Origin: Candidatus Omnitrophota bacterium
Lineage (GTDB): Bacteria; Omnitrophota; Gorgyraeia; Gygaellales; Profunditerraquicolaceae
Reading direction: 5' to 3'
Length of the DNA stretch: 64,000 nucleotides
Assembly (NCBI GenBank): GCA_003644385.1
Contig: QNCD01000001.1
Location: forward strand, 598-64,597
Part shown: positions 9,968-19,515 of the stretch, in pieces
How the letters are laid out: each line of letters begins with the position of its first letter
Numbering within the stretch: the stretch's first letter is position 1
Translations under genes and position numbers: made by a program
Notes under the pieces: generated by a model
Database searches by the model: none
What the model saw: only the letters and a program-made list of their open reading frames with translations
What the model was told of the DNA's origin: nothing

Positions 9968-10549
9968 TTACTCCTTCCATAATCCGCGCTGATTTGCGCG
10001 GGCTTCTTGGTATAACTTTAAAAATAAATCCGCGTGTTTTACGTTCGGAGGTATAGTCATTAAAGAAGCAAACCCTTCTTCTATAATCTTGGCGTTGACA
10101 AAAATTCCGTTGTGTAAATAAACATAAGCCAGGAGGCGGCCGTATATATCGTATTTTTCTACGTCAAACTCAAGGCGCACGCGCTTACCTTCTACCAAAC
10201 CCCTGGTAAATTTATAAGAGCGTTTACCCAGTGCAATAATCGTAGCAATATCCCGGCCTGATTCACGGCTATCGCGGCGTAATTTATTAGATTCATGCAT
10301 TTCCGGAGTATCTATGCCGATTAATCTTACCCTTTCTCCGGACTTAAGCTGTAGGGTGTCGCCGTCAACCACCCGCTTAACCAAGATATCGGCATAATCA
10401 TAGGACTTGCCAAAAGGAAAACTGAATTTACTTTTTTGCGAATAATCAACCCTGACTGATTCAGCGGCGAATAACCGGGGTGCAGTTACGAATATTACAA
10501 AAATTATAACATAAAATAAAATTTTCATCCCTATCCTATTCATTCCCAA
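9968..10549 (-). CDS. Thermonuclease (SNase-like) family secreted nuclease
   Basis: VVDGDT, VRLIGIDTPE, DIYGRLLAYV, RGLW; N-terminal signal or anchor. Confidence 0.92.
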   Translation of the reverse strand: MGMNRIGMKILFYVIIFVIFVTAPRLFAAESVRVDYSQKSKFSFPFGKSYDYADILVKRVVDGDTLQLKSGERVRLIGIDTPEMHESNKLRRDSRESGRDIATIIALGKRSYKFTRGLVEGKRVRLEFDVEKYDIYGRLLAYVYLHNGIFVNAKIIEEGFASLMTIPPNVKHADLFLKLYQEARANQRGLWKE

Positions 10550-10574
10550 TGAATTTCAAGGCCCAGTCTTAAAT

Positions 10575-11126
10575 TTAGATTTTGCCGGCGACTATACCCG
10601 CCAAAACCACAATATCCTCTATATGAAATATCTTATTTATGCTTTTGTCAAAGAGTATGTTTGCTTCGGCAGTAAATTCGCTATCCTCTTGCCAAAGAGT
10701 AATCAATACAGGAACACCTTCAAATACCTCTAAAACTACGGAGGTATCGGCATAATTTACTTTTTTTCCCGAAAACCTATCCAGGGCATCAAGCAGGCCT
10801 TGCGAATTATTACCGTACTTTCTGATAATCGGCTCAATTGCCCTCTTTCTGAACGCCCCAGCATAACCCTCTACACCTGACAATTCCTTGAAAGAGACCC
10901 ATTCGCTGGTTAAATCAGGCAATCCCTTGAGTCTGCTGATGAGGTAATGTAGAATTAAAACGCTAAAAAAATCCTTTGCCGCTACATTAGAGGATAAAGA
11001 TAATATTTTTCTTTCTTTTAAATCCAGGCTGTATTCATCGCCTAAAAATTTAAGCGAAAGAACTTTATCCGGCCCTAATTTAATAAGTTCTTCCCAGGCC
11101 AAACTTTTAGCTGCTTCGTAAGCCAT
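10575..11126 (-). CDS. DUF3786 family protein
   Basis: LILHYL, WVSFKEL, LWQEDSEFTAEANILFD, EDIVVL pattern. Confidence 0.8.
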   Translation of the reverse strand: MAYEAAKSLAWEELIKLGPDKVLSLKFLGDEYSLDLKERKILSLSSNVAAKDFFSVLILHYLISRLKGLPDLTSEWVSFKELSGVEGYAGAFRKRAIEPIIRKYGNNSQGLLDALDRFSGKKVNYADTSVVLEVFEGVPVLITLWQEDSEFTAEANILFDKSINKIFHIEDIVVLAGIVAGKI

Positions 11127-11279
11127 GCTTTCCCTTAATCTTAACCCTACAAAGGGGTACGGCCCTAAAAAAGCCTTAAATTCATATTGTAATCTTTTTT
11201 ATTAGATAAATCAACAATTTTAGATTATAATACATTAATAACCGATTGGCTAACTTTAAGTTGTAATAAAAGAGATAAC

Positions 11280-13175
11280 ATGGCTCAAACTCTAAACATA
11301 ACCTACGACCGTTTTCAGCGCGAGGCAATTGATTATATCAACCAGGGCCATTCCGTAATTGTCTCTGCGCCCACCGGAGCGGGAAAGACTGTAATTGCCG
11401 AACACATTATCTCTACCTCAATAGAGAAAGCAAGAGGGGTAATCTATACCGCTCCCATAAAAGCGCTCTCCAACCAGAAATTCCGCGATTTCCAGGGTCA
11501 ATTCCAGGAGAATATCGGCATCCTGACCGGCGATGTCTCCCTGAATGCCGAAGCCCCGGTCTTAATTATGACTACGGAGATCTTCCGCAACAAAATCCTT
11601 GACCAGCCGGATAGCCTTAAAAAATACTCCTGGGTGATTTTTGACGAAGTGCATTATATCGATAACCCCGAGCGTGGAACAGTCTGGGAGGAATCGCTGA
11701 TATTCCTACCGCAGCATATGAATATCCTCTGCCTCTCTGCTACTATACCCAATATCCAGCAATTGGCAAAGTGGATCGAATCCATTCATAAAAAGAGCGT
11801 TAAAACAGTGGTTGAAGAAAAAAGGCCGGTCCCCCTGCATTTCTTTTTCCAATGCCATAACCAGATTTCAGACCATATAAATATTTTAAAAAGAACGGCT
11901 GGTGGAAGAATAAACCGGCTACATGCGCTGGTAAGCCACCTAAGGCAAAAAGATTACCTGCCCTGCATATATTTTGTCTTTGACAGGAAAAAAGCCGAAG
12001 ACCTGGCTTCTGACCTGGCTAGTTTTGATTTTCTAAACAGAAAAGAGCGTGAAGAAATGGAAAGGCTCTATAATTCGCTCTGCCAACGCTTTGACCTGAA
12101 AGATGAAAAGTCCGCCCAACTCATCTATCCGCTTATACGCCGGGGAATTGCCTTTCATCACGCAGGCATGCTACCGACGCTAAAAGAAGTCATAGAAAGA
12201 TTATTTACCAGCCGCCTCTTAAAAGTAATATTTACTACCGAGACCTTTGCATTAGGAATAAATATGCCCAGCCGTTCGGTAATCTTTGACGGATTAAGGA
12301 AATTTTACGGACGCTACGTCAGGAATTTAAAAACCCGCGATTTTTACCAGATGGCAGGCCGCGCAGGCAGGCGCGGTATTGATAAGGAAGGTTTTATTTT
12401 CTGCCGGGTGAACCCGCGCCGGGTCAACTTCGAGGATATAAAACGCATTATTTACGGCCGGCCGGAAGAAGTACGCAGCCAGCTGAATACATCCTATGCT
12501 ACCCTGCTTAACCTTTATGAAAAATATAAAGAAGACCTTTTTAAAATCTATCCCCTCTCCCTGCATAATTTCCAATCGCGCAAACACGAACAAAAAGAGG
12601 CCTTAAGATTACTGGGAGCAAAATTAAATTTACTTCAAAATCTAAACTATATCCAAGGACACAGCTTAACGGATAAAGGCAGATTTGCCAAGGCAGTCTA
12701 CGGATATGAGCTGATGCTCGCCGAACTCTATGAACAGAATTTACTGGAATATCTGGATGAGTTCGGATTAGGAGTGTTGGTTGCGGCAATAGTCTTTGAA
12801 CCGCGCAAAAATCAGAATATGCAGAAACTCTCTAAAACCGGACGTAAAATCAGGCGCGTCTGCGAAGAAATATACGCAGGAATCAAACGCAGGGAAGCCA
12901 AATACCGGATATACCCTTTCAGTAAACAGCCTTATTTTCATTTAAGCAGCTGTATAGAAGCATGGCTGCGCGGAACGGATTTTGAAAAAATACTGCGTTT
13001 TACCGACACCGATGAAGGTGAATTAATACGCTATTTTAGGATGGCGATTCAGATATTGCGGGAAATGCTGCAGGCACCGGTAATCTCCCCGGTTTTAAAA
13101 GAAAGAGTCAAAGAAACTATCAGGGTAATCAACCGGGACCTTGTAGATGCGGAAAAACAACTGCGCAGTCAATAA
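11280..13175 (+). CDS. Ski2/HelY-like DExH-box RNA helicase with DSHCT C-terminus
   Basis: APTGAGKT, TAPIKALSNQK, DEVH, LSAT, HHAGMLP, QMAGRAGRRG, DEGELIR. Confidence 0.93.
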   Translation: MAQTLNITYDRFQREAIDYINQGHSVIVSAPTGAGKTVIAEHIISTSIEKARGVIYTAPIKALSNQKFRDFQGQFQENIGILTGDVSLNAEAPVLIMTTEIFRNKILDQPDSLKKYSWVIFDEVHYIDNPERGTVWEESLIFLPQHMNILCLSATIPNIQQLAKWIESIHKKSVKTVVEEKRPVPLHFFFQCHNQISDHINILKRTAGGRINRLHALVSHLRQKDYLPCIYFVFDRKKAEDLASDLASFDFLNRKEREEMERLYNSLCQRFDLKDEKSAQLIYPLIRRGIAFHHAGMLPTLKEVIERLFTSRLLKVIFTTETFALGINMPSRSVIFDGLRKFYGRYVRNLKTRDFYQMAGRAGRRGIDKEGFIFCRVNPRRVNFEDIKRIIYGRPEEVRSQLNTSYATLLNLYEKYKEDLFKIYPLSLHNFQSRKHEQKEALRLLGAKLNLLQNLNYIQGHSLTDKGRFAKAVYGYELMLAELYEQNLLEYLDEFGLGVLVAAIVFEPRKNQNMQKLSKTGRKIRRVCEEIYAGIKRREAKYRIYPFSKQPYFHLSSCIEAWLRGTDFEKILRFTDTDEGELIRYFRMAIQILREMLQAPVISPVLKERVKETIRVINRDLVDAEKQLRSQ

Positions 13176-13198
13176 AGTATAACTGCGCAGTTTAAATA

Positions 13199-13687
13199 TT
13201 ACTTAGCTAATGTTGCGGTTGCGGTTGTGACTATCATCCATTTACCATTGTTGCAAGTTCCATAAATTTCATCACCAAGGCCATCATGCGAGCTGCTCAC
13301 AATGAATTTTCCGTTCAAATTATCAAGCTTTGATATTTGCCAACCAAATGTTGCATTATCACCTAAGGTCTGACCAGGCTCAAGCGATTCAAACACTGCC
13401 TTCATTAAGTATCCTACCTCGGTTAGAGAAAGCTTTGACAGCATTGCAGTTATAACCTTCACTGCTGCTTTCATTTTTCCTTTTTCAATTAATCCTATTA
13501 CTGTCTCTACTTTTTTCGCAACTTGCGATGATGGAATCTTAAAAACCCTCTCACGAGGAATTGGATCATTAAGACCCCTCTCACGAGGAATTGGATCATC
13601 AGAAGGAATCGGTATAGGATTAGCATAAGTCATCCCCACTGAAAACACCAAGATTAAAATACTCAAGGTTGAAATTAATCTTTTCAT
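13199..13687 (-). CDS. Secreted hypothetical protein with an internal 10-aa duplication
   Basis: Signal peptide, GGAGGTG Shine-Dalgarno site, DPIPRER present twice. Confidence 0.7.
   Translation of the reverse strand: MKRLISTLSILILVFSVGMTYANPIPIPSDDPIPRERGLNDPIPRERVFKIPSSQVAKKVETVIGLIEKGKMKAAVKVITAMLSKLSLTEVGYLMKAVFESLEPGQTLGDNATFGWQISKLDNLNGKFIVSSSHDGLGDEIYGTCNNGKWMIVTTATATLAK
13546..13599. repeat. Two identical 24-bp units at a 30-bp period inside the CDS
   Basis: ccctctcacgaggaattggatcat at 13546 and 13576. Confidence 0.9.
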
Positions 13688-13712
13688 CTCTATCTCACCT
13701 CCTTTTTTCTTT

Positions 13713-14306
13713 TTATTTCCATTTTACAACTAAATCCTCTACAGGTAGAAAGTCTACCTTATTTATATAATAGAAAACCCTGTTATTCTTAGCTTCTGTT
13801 TTATCCGGTTGATAAGAAAGTTTTACCTCCCTAAAATCAGCGGGGACACTGACTATAAACTTAGCCTCTTCTAGAGCTTTTCCCCAGCCCTGGGTAGTGG
13901 TAGTTATATAAGTTGCCTCTTTGTCTTTAAACGCCTGGTTATACTCTATGAGTATACACTTAGTTGCCCCGGCAGCTATTTTTAAGGGCCAAAGAACGCC
14001 CTCTTCTTCTTGAATGAATTGCACACTCTCTCTATTTTTGCCATCTATGTAGTTAATTGAAATCTGATGCGGATAACTGTGATATCTGTCTATAGGAAAA
14101 GGGTACAATATCACCAACTCTTCTTCTTCTGAGAATTTATTTCTAATGTAATATATTCCCTCTACGTTTAGCTCACCCTTATCTATGGAGAGAGTAACTT
14201 TCTCTTTAAAGAAATCAAAAGGGTACTTATCTGCCTGGGCAATATAAGGTAAAAATGTAAAAATGGTAAGAATTACTCCTATTACCAATGCCTTTATTTT
14301 TTTCAT
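13713..14306 (-). CDS. Secreted hypothetical protein (DUF4424-like)
   Basis: Likely start MKKIKALVIG at 14306 (AAGGAG upstream); signal peptide; beta-rich; YITTTTQGWG resembles the YIL.TG..W motif. Confidence 0.65.
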   Translation of the reverse strand: MKKIKALVIGVILTIFTFLPYIAQADKYPFDFFKEKVTLSIDKGELNVEGIYYIRNKFSEEEELVILYPFPIDRYHSYPHQISINYIDGKNRESVQFIQEEEGVLWPLKIAAGATKCILIEYNQAFKDKEATYITTTTQGWGKALEEAKFIVSVPADFREVKLSYQPDKTEAKNNRVFYYINKVDFLPVEDLVVKWK

Positions 14307-14360
14307 ATCTCCTTGCATTTGTTTTCTATTCTTATCTTTAGACTCAAGCATTCTTCTAAT

Positions 14361-14400
14361 AAAAAAACCGAGCACCCCACTACCTTTTAGGGTAACTCGG
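14361..14400 (-). terminator. Intrinsic terminator forming the riboswitch expression platform
   Basis: CCGAG (14400-14396) pairs with CTCGG (14372-14368), followed by T7; overlaps the aptamer 3' end. Confidence 0.7.
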
Positions 14401-14497
14401 CTATCAAAATAATTAAAGCTAAATGCCTACAGTAAAATTCTCTTTTCACGATCCGTGGCTTCCTAATCCAATTCCTGTTGGATTTGGTTTTATCGTA
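14390..14497 (-). promoter_or_regulatory. GEMM-I (c-di-GMP-I family) riboswitch aptamer, A20 variant
   Basis: On - strand: CGATAAAACCAAA-TCCAA-CAGGAA-TTGGA-TTAGGAAGCCACGGATC-(44 nt)-GATAGCCGAGTTACC, matching the GEMM-I landmarks. Confidence 0.72.
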
Positions 14498-14551
14498 AAT
14501 TAATAAAAACTTTTTAAAAGTATTTAATAAAGAACAAAAAAATACAAACAA

Positions 14552-14580
14552 AGTATACTATAATTAAAGCTAGTTTTCAA
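14552..14580 (-). promoter_or_regulatory. Sigma70-type promoter upstream of the riboswitch
   Basis: TTGAAA-17 bp-TATACT. Confidence 0.6.
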
Positions 14581-14620
14581 GGCAAGAAATCTAACTTTTT
14601 TTTCTGATAACAAAATTCAA

Positions 14621-15565
14621 TTAACGCCCGAATCCTTTTATGTGATTAAGGTAATCTTTTAAAATCTGCTTATGGTCAAAAGCGAACTCTAACTTATTGA
14701 TTTTATTGATAGTTACGACTCTTGCCCCTTTGGCATCATCCCCTGCTTGAGGTTGACCCTTAGCTTTAGCTATAAAAACCGTGCCTATTGTATGAAATCG
14801 CGGGTCACGGCTGGGCTCGGAATAGGTATGAAATTGCCTTACATCTTCTAAATCTAAGCCGGTCTCTTCTTTTACCTCTCTCCTTACCGCATCTTCTAAA
14901 CTCTCTCCGTAATCCACAAAACCGCCAGGTAAGGCCCAACCAAAAGGTGGATTACTTCTTTCAATTAAAACAATTCCTCCTGGGACTTCTATGATCGCAT
15001 CTACTGTAGTAAAAGGGCCTTCCTGTAATTTATTCATCATATATTCCAAATAATGAAAAACATTCTTTTTAAATGCCTGGTAAGCTTCTTGCTCGTACAA
15101 ACAAAATATAACTTCTTCAAGATTGGATTTATTCTCTCTCAAATGCTTAAAAACTTCCTGGGCCATGATTTTGGCTGCTGCCGAATAAGGAAATCCGCCC
15201 TCGCCGCAACCCAGGGCAGGGAAAGCGATTGATTTTAATTTTAATTCTTCAGCCAGCTTTAAACTGTTCTTGCAGGAACTTCTTATTTTAACCTCATCGG
15301 TCCTGGAATTCTCATCCATAGTCGCGGCGTGAACGACGTATTTGGCCTTGAGGCTTCCGGCGCCTGTTGAGACGGCCTTGCCGGCTTCAATAGGCGCTTT
15401 TTTTAATGCCTCCTCTTCGATTAGCCCGCCCCCTTTTCTTTTTATTGCAAGAGCCACTCCTGCCGACATAGTCAGTTTGTAATTAGCAGTATTGACTATT
15501 GCCTCAGCTTTAAGATCGGTAATATCTCCCTTTACAACCTTAAGCTCAGTACCTCTAATACGCAT
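14621..15565 (-). CDS. Macro domain plus NUDIX hydrolase fusion
   Basis: GDIT...AIVNTAN...GVALAI and [10 protein letters not shown] (macro); [23 protein letters not shown] Nudix box and RDPR. Likely start MRIRGT at 15565. Confidence 0.9.
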   Translation of the reverse strand: MRIRGTELKVVKGDITDLKAEAIVNTANYKLTMSAGVALAIKRKGGGLIEEEALKKAPIEAGKAVSTGAGSLKAKYVVHAATMDENSRTDEVKIRSSCKNSLKLAEELKLKSIAFPALGCGEGGFPYSAAAKIMAQEVFKHLRENKSNLEEVIFCLYEQEAYQAFKKNVFHYLEYMMNKLQEGPFTTVDAIIEVPGGIVLIERSNPPFGWALPGGFVDYGESLEDAVRREVKEETGLDLEDVRQFHTYSEPSRDPRFHTIGTVFIAKAKGQPQAGDDAKGARVVTINKINKLEFAFDHKQILKDYLNHIKGFGR

Positions 15566-15576
15566 ATTCTTCTCCT

Positions 15577-15963
15577 TTAAATCCAAAGCACAGCCTTTTC
15601 GTTGAATTTTTTGCTGAATTTAATCAGGGCGTAAAAAATCAATATTCCTAAAGTATCGATTGCGATGTCAGTAATACTGCAGTTACGTTTAGGAACAAAA
15701 AATTGATGCAGTTCATCGGAAACAGCATAAAGAAAAGAAAGCATAAAAGGTAAAATGCGTAAAAAACGGGTATTCAAACTAAAAGATCCTTTGACCGCCC
15801 GGTACAAAAGCAAAGTAAGAATAAAATATTCTCCAGCGTGCGCGATTTTTCTTAAAATAAAATCCCAAAGGCTGCGTACTACTCCCAGCTGGCTGAGCCC
15901 GGAAACAAAGAAAATCACGCCGCACCAGATAATCACCGGAATCCATAATTTTAGAGTTCTCAT
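15577..15963 (-). CDS. VanZ family membrane protein
   Basis: [29 protein letters not shown]; likely start MRTLKLW. Confidence 0.88.
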   Translation of the reverse strand: MRTLKLWIPVIIWCGVIFFVSGLSQLGVVRSLWDFILRKIAHAGEYFILTLLLYRAVKGSFSLNTRFLRILPFMLSFLYAVSDELHQFFVPKRNCSITDIAIDTLGILIFYALIKFSKKFNEKAVLWI

Positions 15964-15970
15964 TATTCTT

Positions 15971-16059
15971 CGGGTACGGTGTACCAAGTAGGCGTACTGA
16001 AATTCACTAAAAAAATTTATCGATCCTTGCTCTGTACTCGGTACTCCGTACTCCGTACT
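15971..16059. repeat. Inverted pair of 7-bp tandem arrays (GGTGTAC-like and GTACTCC)
   Basis: cgggtac ggtgtac caagtag gcgtac (15971-15997) faces gtactcg gtactcc gtactcc gtact (16034-16059); the second array encodes the C-terminal tail of the CCA enzyme. Confidence 0.8.
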
Positions 16060-17525
16060 TTACTTATAATTTGCCTGGCTTTTAACAAAGCCTGCTTCTT
16101 CGTCTTAATCCTTCCTATTACCTGCAGTTCTTCTAATTCAGAAAGAACTTTGCCGATTAAAGGCGAAGGCTGGAGTTTAAATTTTTTGATTAAGTCATCG
16201 CCGTTAACCAGCCGCACTATTTTTTTCTCTTTCCTGCTCTTAAAATATTCTTTTAATAACTGGGCTATTACCTTCTCATGCTGCTCTCTAGAAAGGCGGG
16301 TGGTAAGCCTTCCCTTTGTGGCGCGCTGGTCAGCCAGCGATAATAAAAGCGTACTTATGGATTCTTCGGCTGCATCGCGGAAAAATCTGAATTTTGCCCG
16401 CGCCGTGAGCACTTCGTTATCCGCAAGATACCCCGGCCTTAAGTGCCATAATACCATCTTCTTTAAGGCCTCCAGCTCATCCTTTGATAACTTAAGGCGC
16501 TTGGCAATATTCTCGGTCATTTCAAGGCCGATCCTCTCGTGGCCGTGGAATTTAATCTTTCCTTCTTCTACGCGCCGCGCCTTGGGCTTGCCGATATCAT
16601 GCATTAATGCGCCTAATTTTATCAAGGCAGAACGTCTGCGTTCATAAGTAATCTCTTTATTCAAATAGCCGTTTAAGTCCTTATTATTTTTTAATTCTTC
16701 GAATACGTTCTCCAGCTGTTTTAAAGTCTCTAATGTATGCTGCCAGACATCAAGATGATGATACGGCCCCTGATTCACGCCCCGCATCACCTCGATTTCC
16801 GGAAAGATGTTCTTCAAAACATTTAATTTATCCATTTCAGAGAAATATTTAAAGGAATCTGGCTGGCTTAACATCTTAAAGAATTCATCGCGGATACGCT
16901 CACCTGAAACTCTGGAGAGATGTTTTGCTTTTGTCTTTATCAATTTTAAAGTCCTTTTCTCTATTTTGCAATGGAATACACAGGCTAAACTGAAAGCGCG
17001 TAAAATCCTTAAAGGGTCTTCGTCGAAGGCCCTGGGATTTACTATCCTGATTACTCTCTTGGCTAAATCTTTTCTGCCTCCATAAGGATCAATTAGCAAA
17101 TCAGGTATATCTAAGATTTTTCCCTTGCCTTTTGCTGAGTTTAATAACTTCTCTAAATCCAGCGCAATAGAATTAAGTGTAAAGTCGCGATGCAGTAAAT
17201 CTTTTTCTAAGGTTGCACCGCGAAAATCAGTAAAGTCTAAAGTATAAATTTTGTCTTTTGTCTTTTTTACTGCACGGCTACAACCATGGGCCTTATCCAA
17301 GATTACAAATCCGGCTTTTAAATGCCTGCTTACCACCCGCCCAAAAGCAATGGCATTTTTCTTCAGGCAAAAATCGATATCCGGATTCTCTTTTTCTCTT
17401 TTAAGGAAGATATCGCGCAGATACCCTCCCACCAGGTAGACTTTTAGCTTTCTTTTTTTCGCCAATTTCAATATCTCTTTGAGTATCTTCTGATCTTTTA
17501 AGCAGTCTTTAAAAGAGGGGTTCAT
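16017..17525 (-). CDS. Class II tRNA nucleotidyltransferase/poly(A) polymerase family protein with HD domain
   Basis: LVGGYLRD, DID, DLLHRDFTLN, DPYGG, EDPLRILRA, ERIRDE, HHLDVWQHT, HDIGK. Confidence 0.9.
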   Translation of the reverse strand: MNPSFKDCLKDQKILKEILKLAKKRKLKVYLVGGYLRDIFLKREKENPDIDFCLKKNAIAFGRVVSRHLKAGFVILDKAHGCSRAVKKTKDKIYTLDFTDFRGATLEKDLLHRDFTLNSIALDLEKLLNSAKGKGKILDIPDLLIDPYGGRKDLAKRVIRIVNPRAFDEDPLRILRAFSLACVFHCKIEKRTLKLIKTKAKHLSRVSGERIRDEFFKMLSQPDSFKYFSEMDKLNVLKNIFPEIEVMRGVNQGPYHHLDVWQHTLETLKQLENVFEELKNNKDLNGYLNKEITYERRRSALIKLGALMHDIGKPKARRVEEGKIKFHGHERIGLEMTENIAKRLKLSKDELEALKKMVLWHLRPGYLADNEVLTARAKFRFFRDAAEESISTLLLSLADQRATKGRLTTRLSREQHEKVIAQLLKEYFKSRKEKKIVRLVNGDDLIKKFKLQPSPLIGKVLSELEELQVIGRIKTKKQALLKARQIISKVRSTEYRVQSKDR

Positions 17526-17536
17526 AATAAAAGGGG

Positions 17537-18010
17537 TTATATTGTGAATATCCGGGCGGATAAAGAATCAAGGTCAACCAGCGCTATTGTGGACTCACCG
17601 CTCAACCAGCCGCCGCATTCACCCGGATTTACCAGAAGCTTATTATTTTGTTTCTTTACTAGAGGTTTGTGGGTATGGCCGAAAACCGCCAAATCCGAAT
17701 TATCTCTTTTAAGGCTTATTGTTTTGGGGTCATGGACAAGGGTAATTTTACGATTGCCCAGTTTCATTCTCAAAGGGCCCTTTCGGATCCGGTTTTTTGA
17801 GCGCTGCCTTAATCCCTGTGTTTCTCCGTCGTTATTCCCGAAGACCCCCTGCCAATTACAGTTAAGCTTATCCAATTTATCCAGGGTAAAAGGCGCGATG
17901 AAATCTCCGGCATGCAGGACATAAGCTACTTTATTTTTATTAAAAAGCCGGACTGCCTTATCTAATTTCTTTAAGTTGTCGTGGGTATCGGAAAGAACGC
18001 CTATTTCCAT
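17537..18010 (-). CDS. YfcE family metallophosphodiesterase
   Basis: SDTHD, HAGD, GNND, GHTH, NPG. Confidence 0.9.
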   Translation of the reverse strand: MEIGVLSDTHDNLKKLDKAVRLFNKNKVAYVLHAGDFIAPFTLDKLDKLNCNWQGVFGNNDGETQGLRQRSKNRIRKGPLRMKLGNRKITLVHDPKTISLKRDNSDLAVFGHTHKPLVKKQNNKLLVNPGECGGWLSGESTIALVDLDSLSARIFTI

Positions 18011-18015
18011 AGATT

Positions 18016-18426
18016 TTAGAGATTTTTGTTAAAAATTTCGGATTGTTTAATTACCTCGTCGGCAACAAAGATAGGCGCAGCAGCCCTCACTGCCAGGGCA
18101 ATACTGTCCGAGGGCCGGGCATCGATAATCTTATTTTCCCCTGATTTTGTCTTGAGTACAAGCTTGGCGTGAAAAGTATTCTCTTCCAATCTGTCTATTA
18201 TGACCTTATCGATATTAGCCTGCAAGTTTTCTATTGTAGAATGCAGCAGGTCATGGGTCAGGGGGCGGGGAGGTTGAAACCCGCTTATTTTTAATTTTAT
18301 TGCCGAAGCCTCGTGCAGGCCGATTACGATAGGAAGTATTCTGTTTCCGTTTTTTTCTTTTAAAACAATTAACTGGTCGTGCCTCTTCTCATCGATTACT
18401 ATCTTGTTTAATTCCATTTCAGTCAT
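18016..18426 (-). CDS. Bifunctional nuclease family protein (DUF151)
   Basis: LPIVIG..EA, RPLTHDL, DARPSDSIALA. Confidence 0.93.
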   Translation of the reverse strand: MTEMELNKIVIDEKRHDQLIVLKEKNGNRILPIVIGLHEASAIKLKISGFQPPRPLTHDLLHSTIENLQANIDKVIIDRLEENTFHAKLVLKTKSGENKIIDARPSDSIALAVRAAAPIFVADEVIKQSEIFNKNL

Positions 18427-18474
18427 CTCGATAATCTCCTTATCCTTACTGGGTTACAAAATAAATATCTGCTT

Positions 18475-18957
18475 TTATCTCTGGATTCTCAGAGGGCGCT
18501 TTTTGCCCTCGCTAAGTATATCTTTTAACTCCACCATAAACTGCCCCACGTCTTTAAATTGCCTGTAAACTGAGGCGAACCTTACGTATGCTACGTCGTC
18601 AAGGTTTTTTAATTTTTCCATTACCAGCTCTCCGATCTTGGAAGCGATAACTTCGCGGTCGGATTTTTTCTGTATTGCGCGCTCTATCTGCGCAACTACT
18701 TCTTCCATCTTCTCTATACTGATCGGCCTTTTTTCGCAGGCGCGCATTACTCCGGATAATATTTTTTTCCGGTCAAAAGGCTCGCGCCGGCCGTCTTTTT
18801 TTATAACCATCAGTGAAACTTCTTCGATATACTCGTAGGTTGTAAAACGTTTGCCGCACTTAAGGCATTCGCGCCTGCGCCTTATCGCCGACTCCTCGGC
18901 AGTAGCGCGAGAATCCACTACCTTGTCCTCTTTATATCCGCAATAGGGACATTTCAT
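18475..18957 (-). CDS. nrdR: Transcriptional repressor NrdR
   Basis: MKCPYC, VVDSR, IRRRREC, RFTTYE, ATP cone, [10 protein letters not shown]. Confidence 0.97.
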   Translation of the reverse strand: MKCPYCGYKEDKVVDSRATAEESAIRRRRECLKCGKRFTTYEYIEEVSLMVIKKDGRREPFDRKKILSGVMRACEKRPISIEKMEEVVAQIERAIQKKSDREVIASKIGELVMEKLKNLDDVAYVRFASVYRQFKDVGQFMVELKDILSEGKKRPLRIQR

Positions 18958-18968
18958 CTTATATTAAG

Positions 18969-19036
18969 ATGTCATTGCCAGCCTCCAGTAGCAGTAAATT
19001 GATAGTAGCTGAAAACTGAAAGTTGTTAGCTGACAG
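18969..19036. repeat. CTGANAG-type 7-bp array with a degenerate inverted partner
   Basis: ctgaaaa ctgaaag ttgttag ctgacag (19009-19036); partner atgtcat tgccag cctccag tagcag (about 18969-18994). Confidence 0.6.
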
Positions 19037-19513
19037 TTATTTGACCTTTCTTACCTTGATTTTTCCTTCTTTTAAGAACCTGCGCGCTAATTCATCAGGA
19101 TAATCTCCGGTTGTAACGATCTCCCTAACGCCGGCATTAATCAGCATCTTGGCGCAAATTATACATGGCTGGTTAGTAATATAGAGAGTGCTTTCTTTGG
19201 TGCTTACTCCGTATAAAGCCGCCTGTAAAATTACGTTTTGCTCAGCGTGCAGGCCGCGGCAAAGTTCATGACGCTGACCAGAGGGTATTTTCATTTTTTC
19301 TCTCAGGCAGCCGATATCTAAACAGTGCTCAAGTCCGGAAGGCGCACCGTTATAGCCGGTAGCCAAAATCTTTTTATCCTTTACCAAAACCGCTCCCACG
19401 CGGCGCCTAAGGCAGGTCGCTCTCTTAGAAACAAGTTGAGCAACCTCTAAAAAGTATTCATCCCACTTGGGCCTCTTAGGTATTTTTTTCCTTAACACTC
19501 TTTTCTTTTTCAT
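19037..19513 (-). CDS. dCMP deaminase/ComEB family zinc deaminase
   Basis: RATC..RRVGA, TGYNG, HAEQN, PCIIC. Confidence 0.92.
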   Translation of the reverse strand: MKKKRVLRKKIPKRPKWDEYFLEVAQLVSKRATCLRRRVGAVLVKDKKILATGYNGAPSGLEHCLDIGCLREKMKIPSGQRHELCRGLHAEQNVILQAALYGVSTKESTLYITNQPCIICAKMLINAGVREIVTTGDYPDELARRFLKEGKIKVRKVK

Positions 19514-19515
19514 TT

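Noticed and set aside
13546-13599. Possible CRISPR repeat
   Set aside because: Only two units, 6 bp apart, in frame within a CDS; no cas genes in the window.
15979-16647. Long + strand ORFs (also 46689-47321, 56682-57437 and many shorter ones)
   Set aside because: Antisense shadows of well-supported - strand genes, with no motifs of their own.
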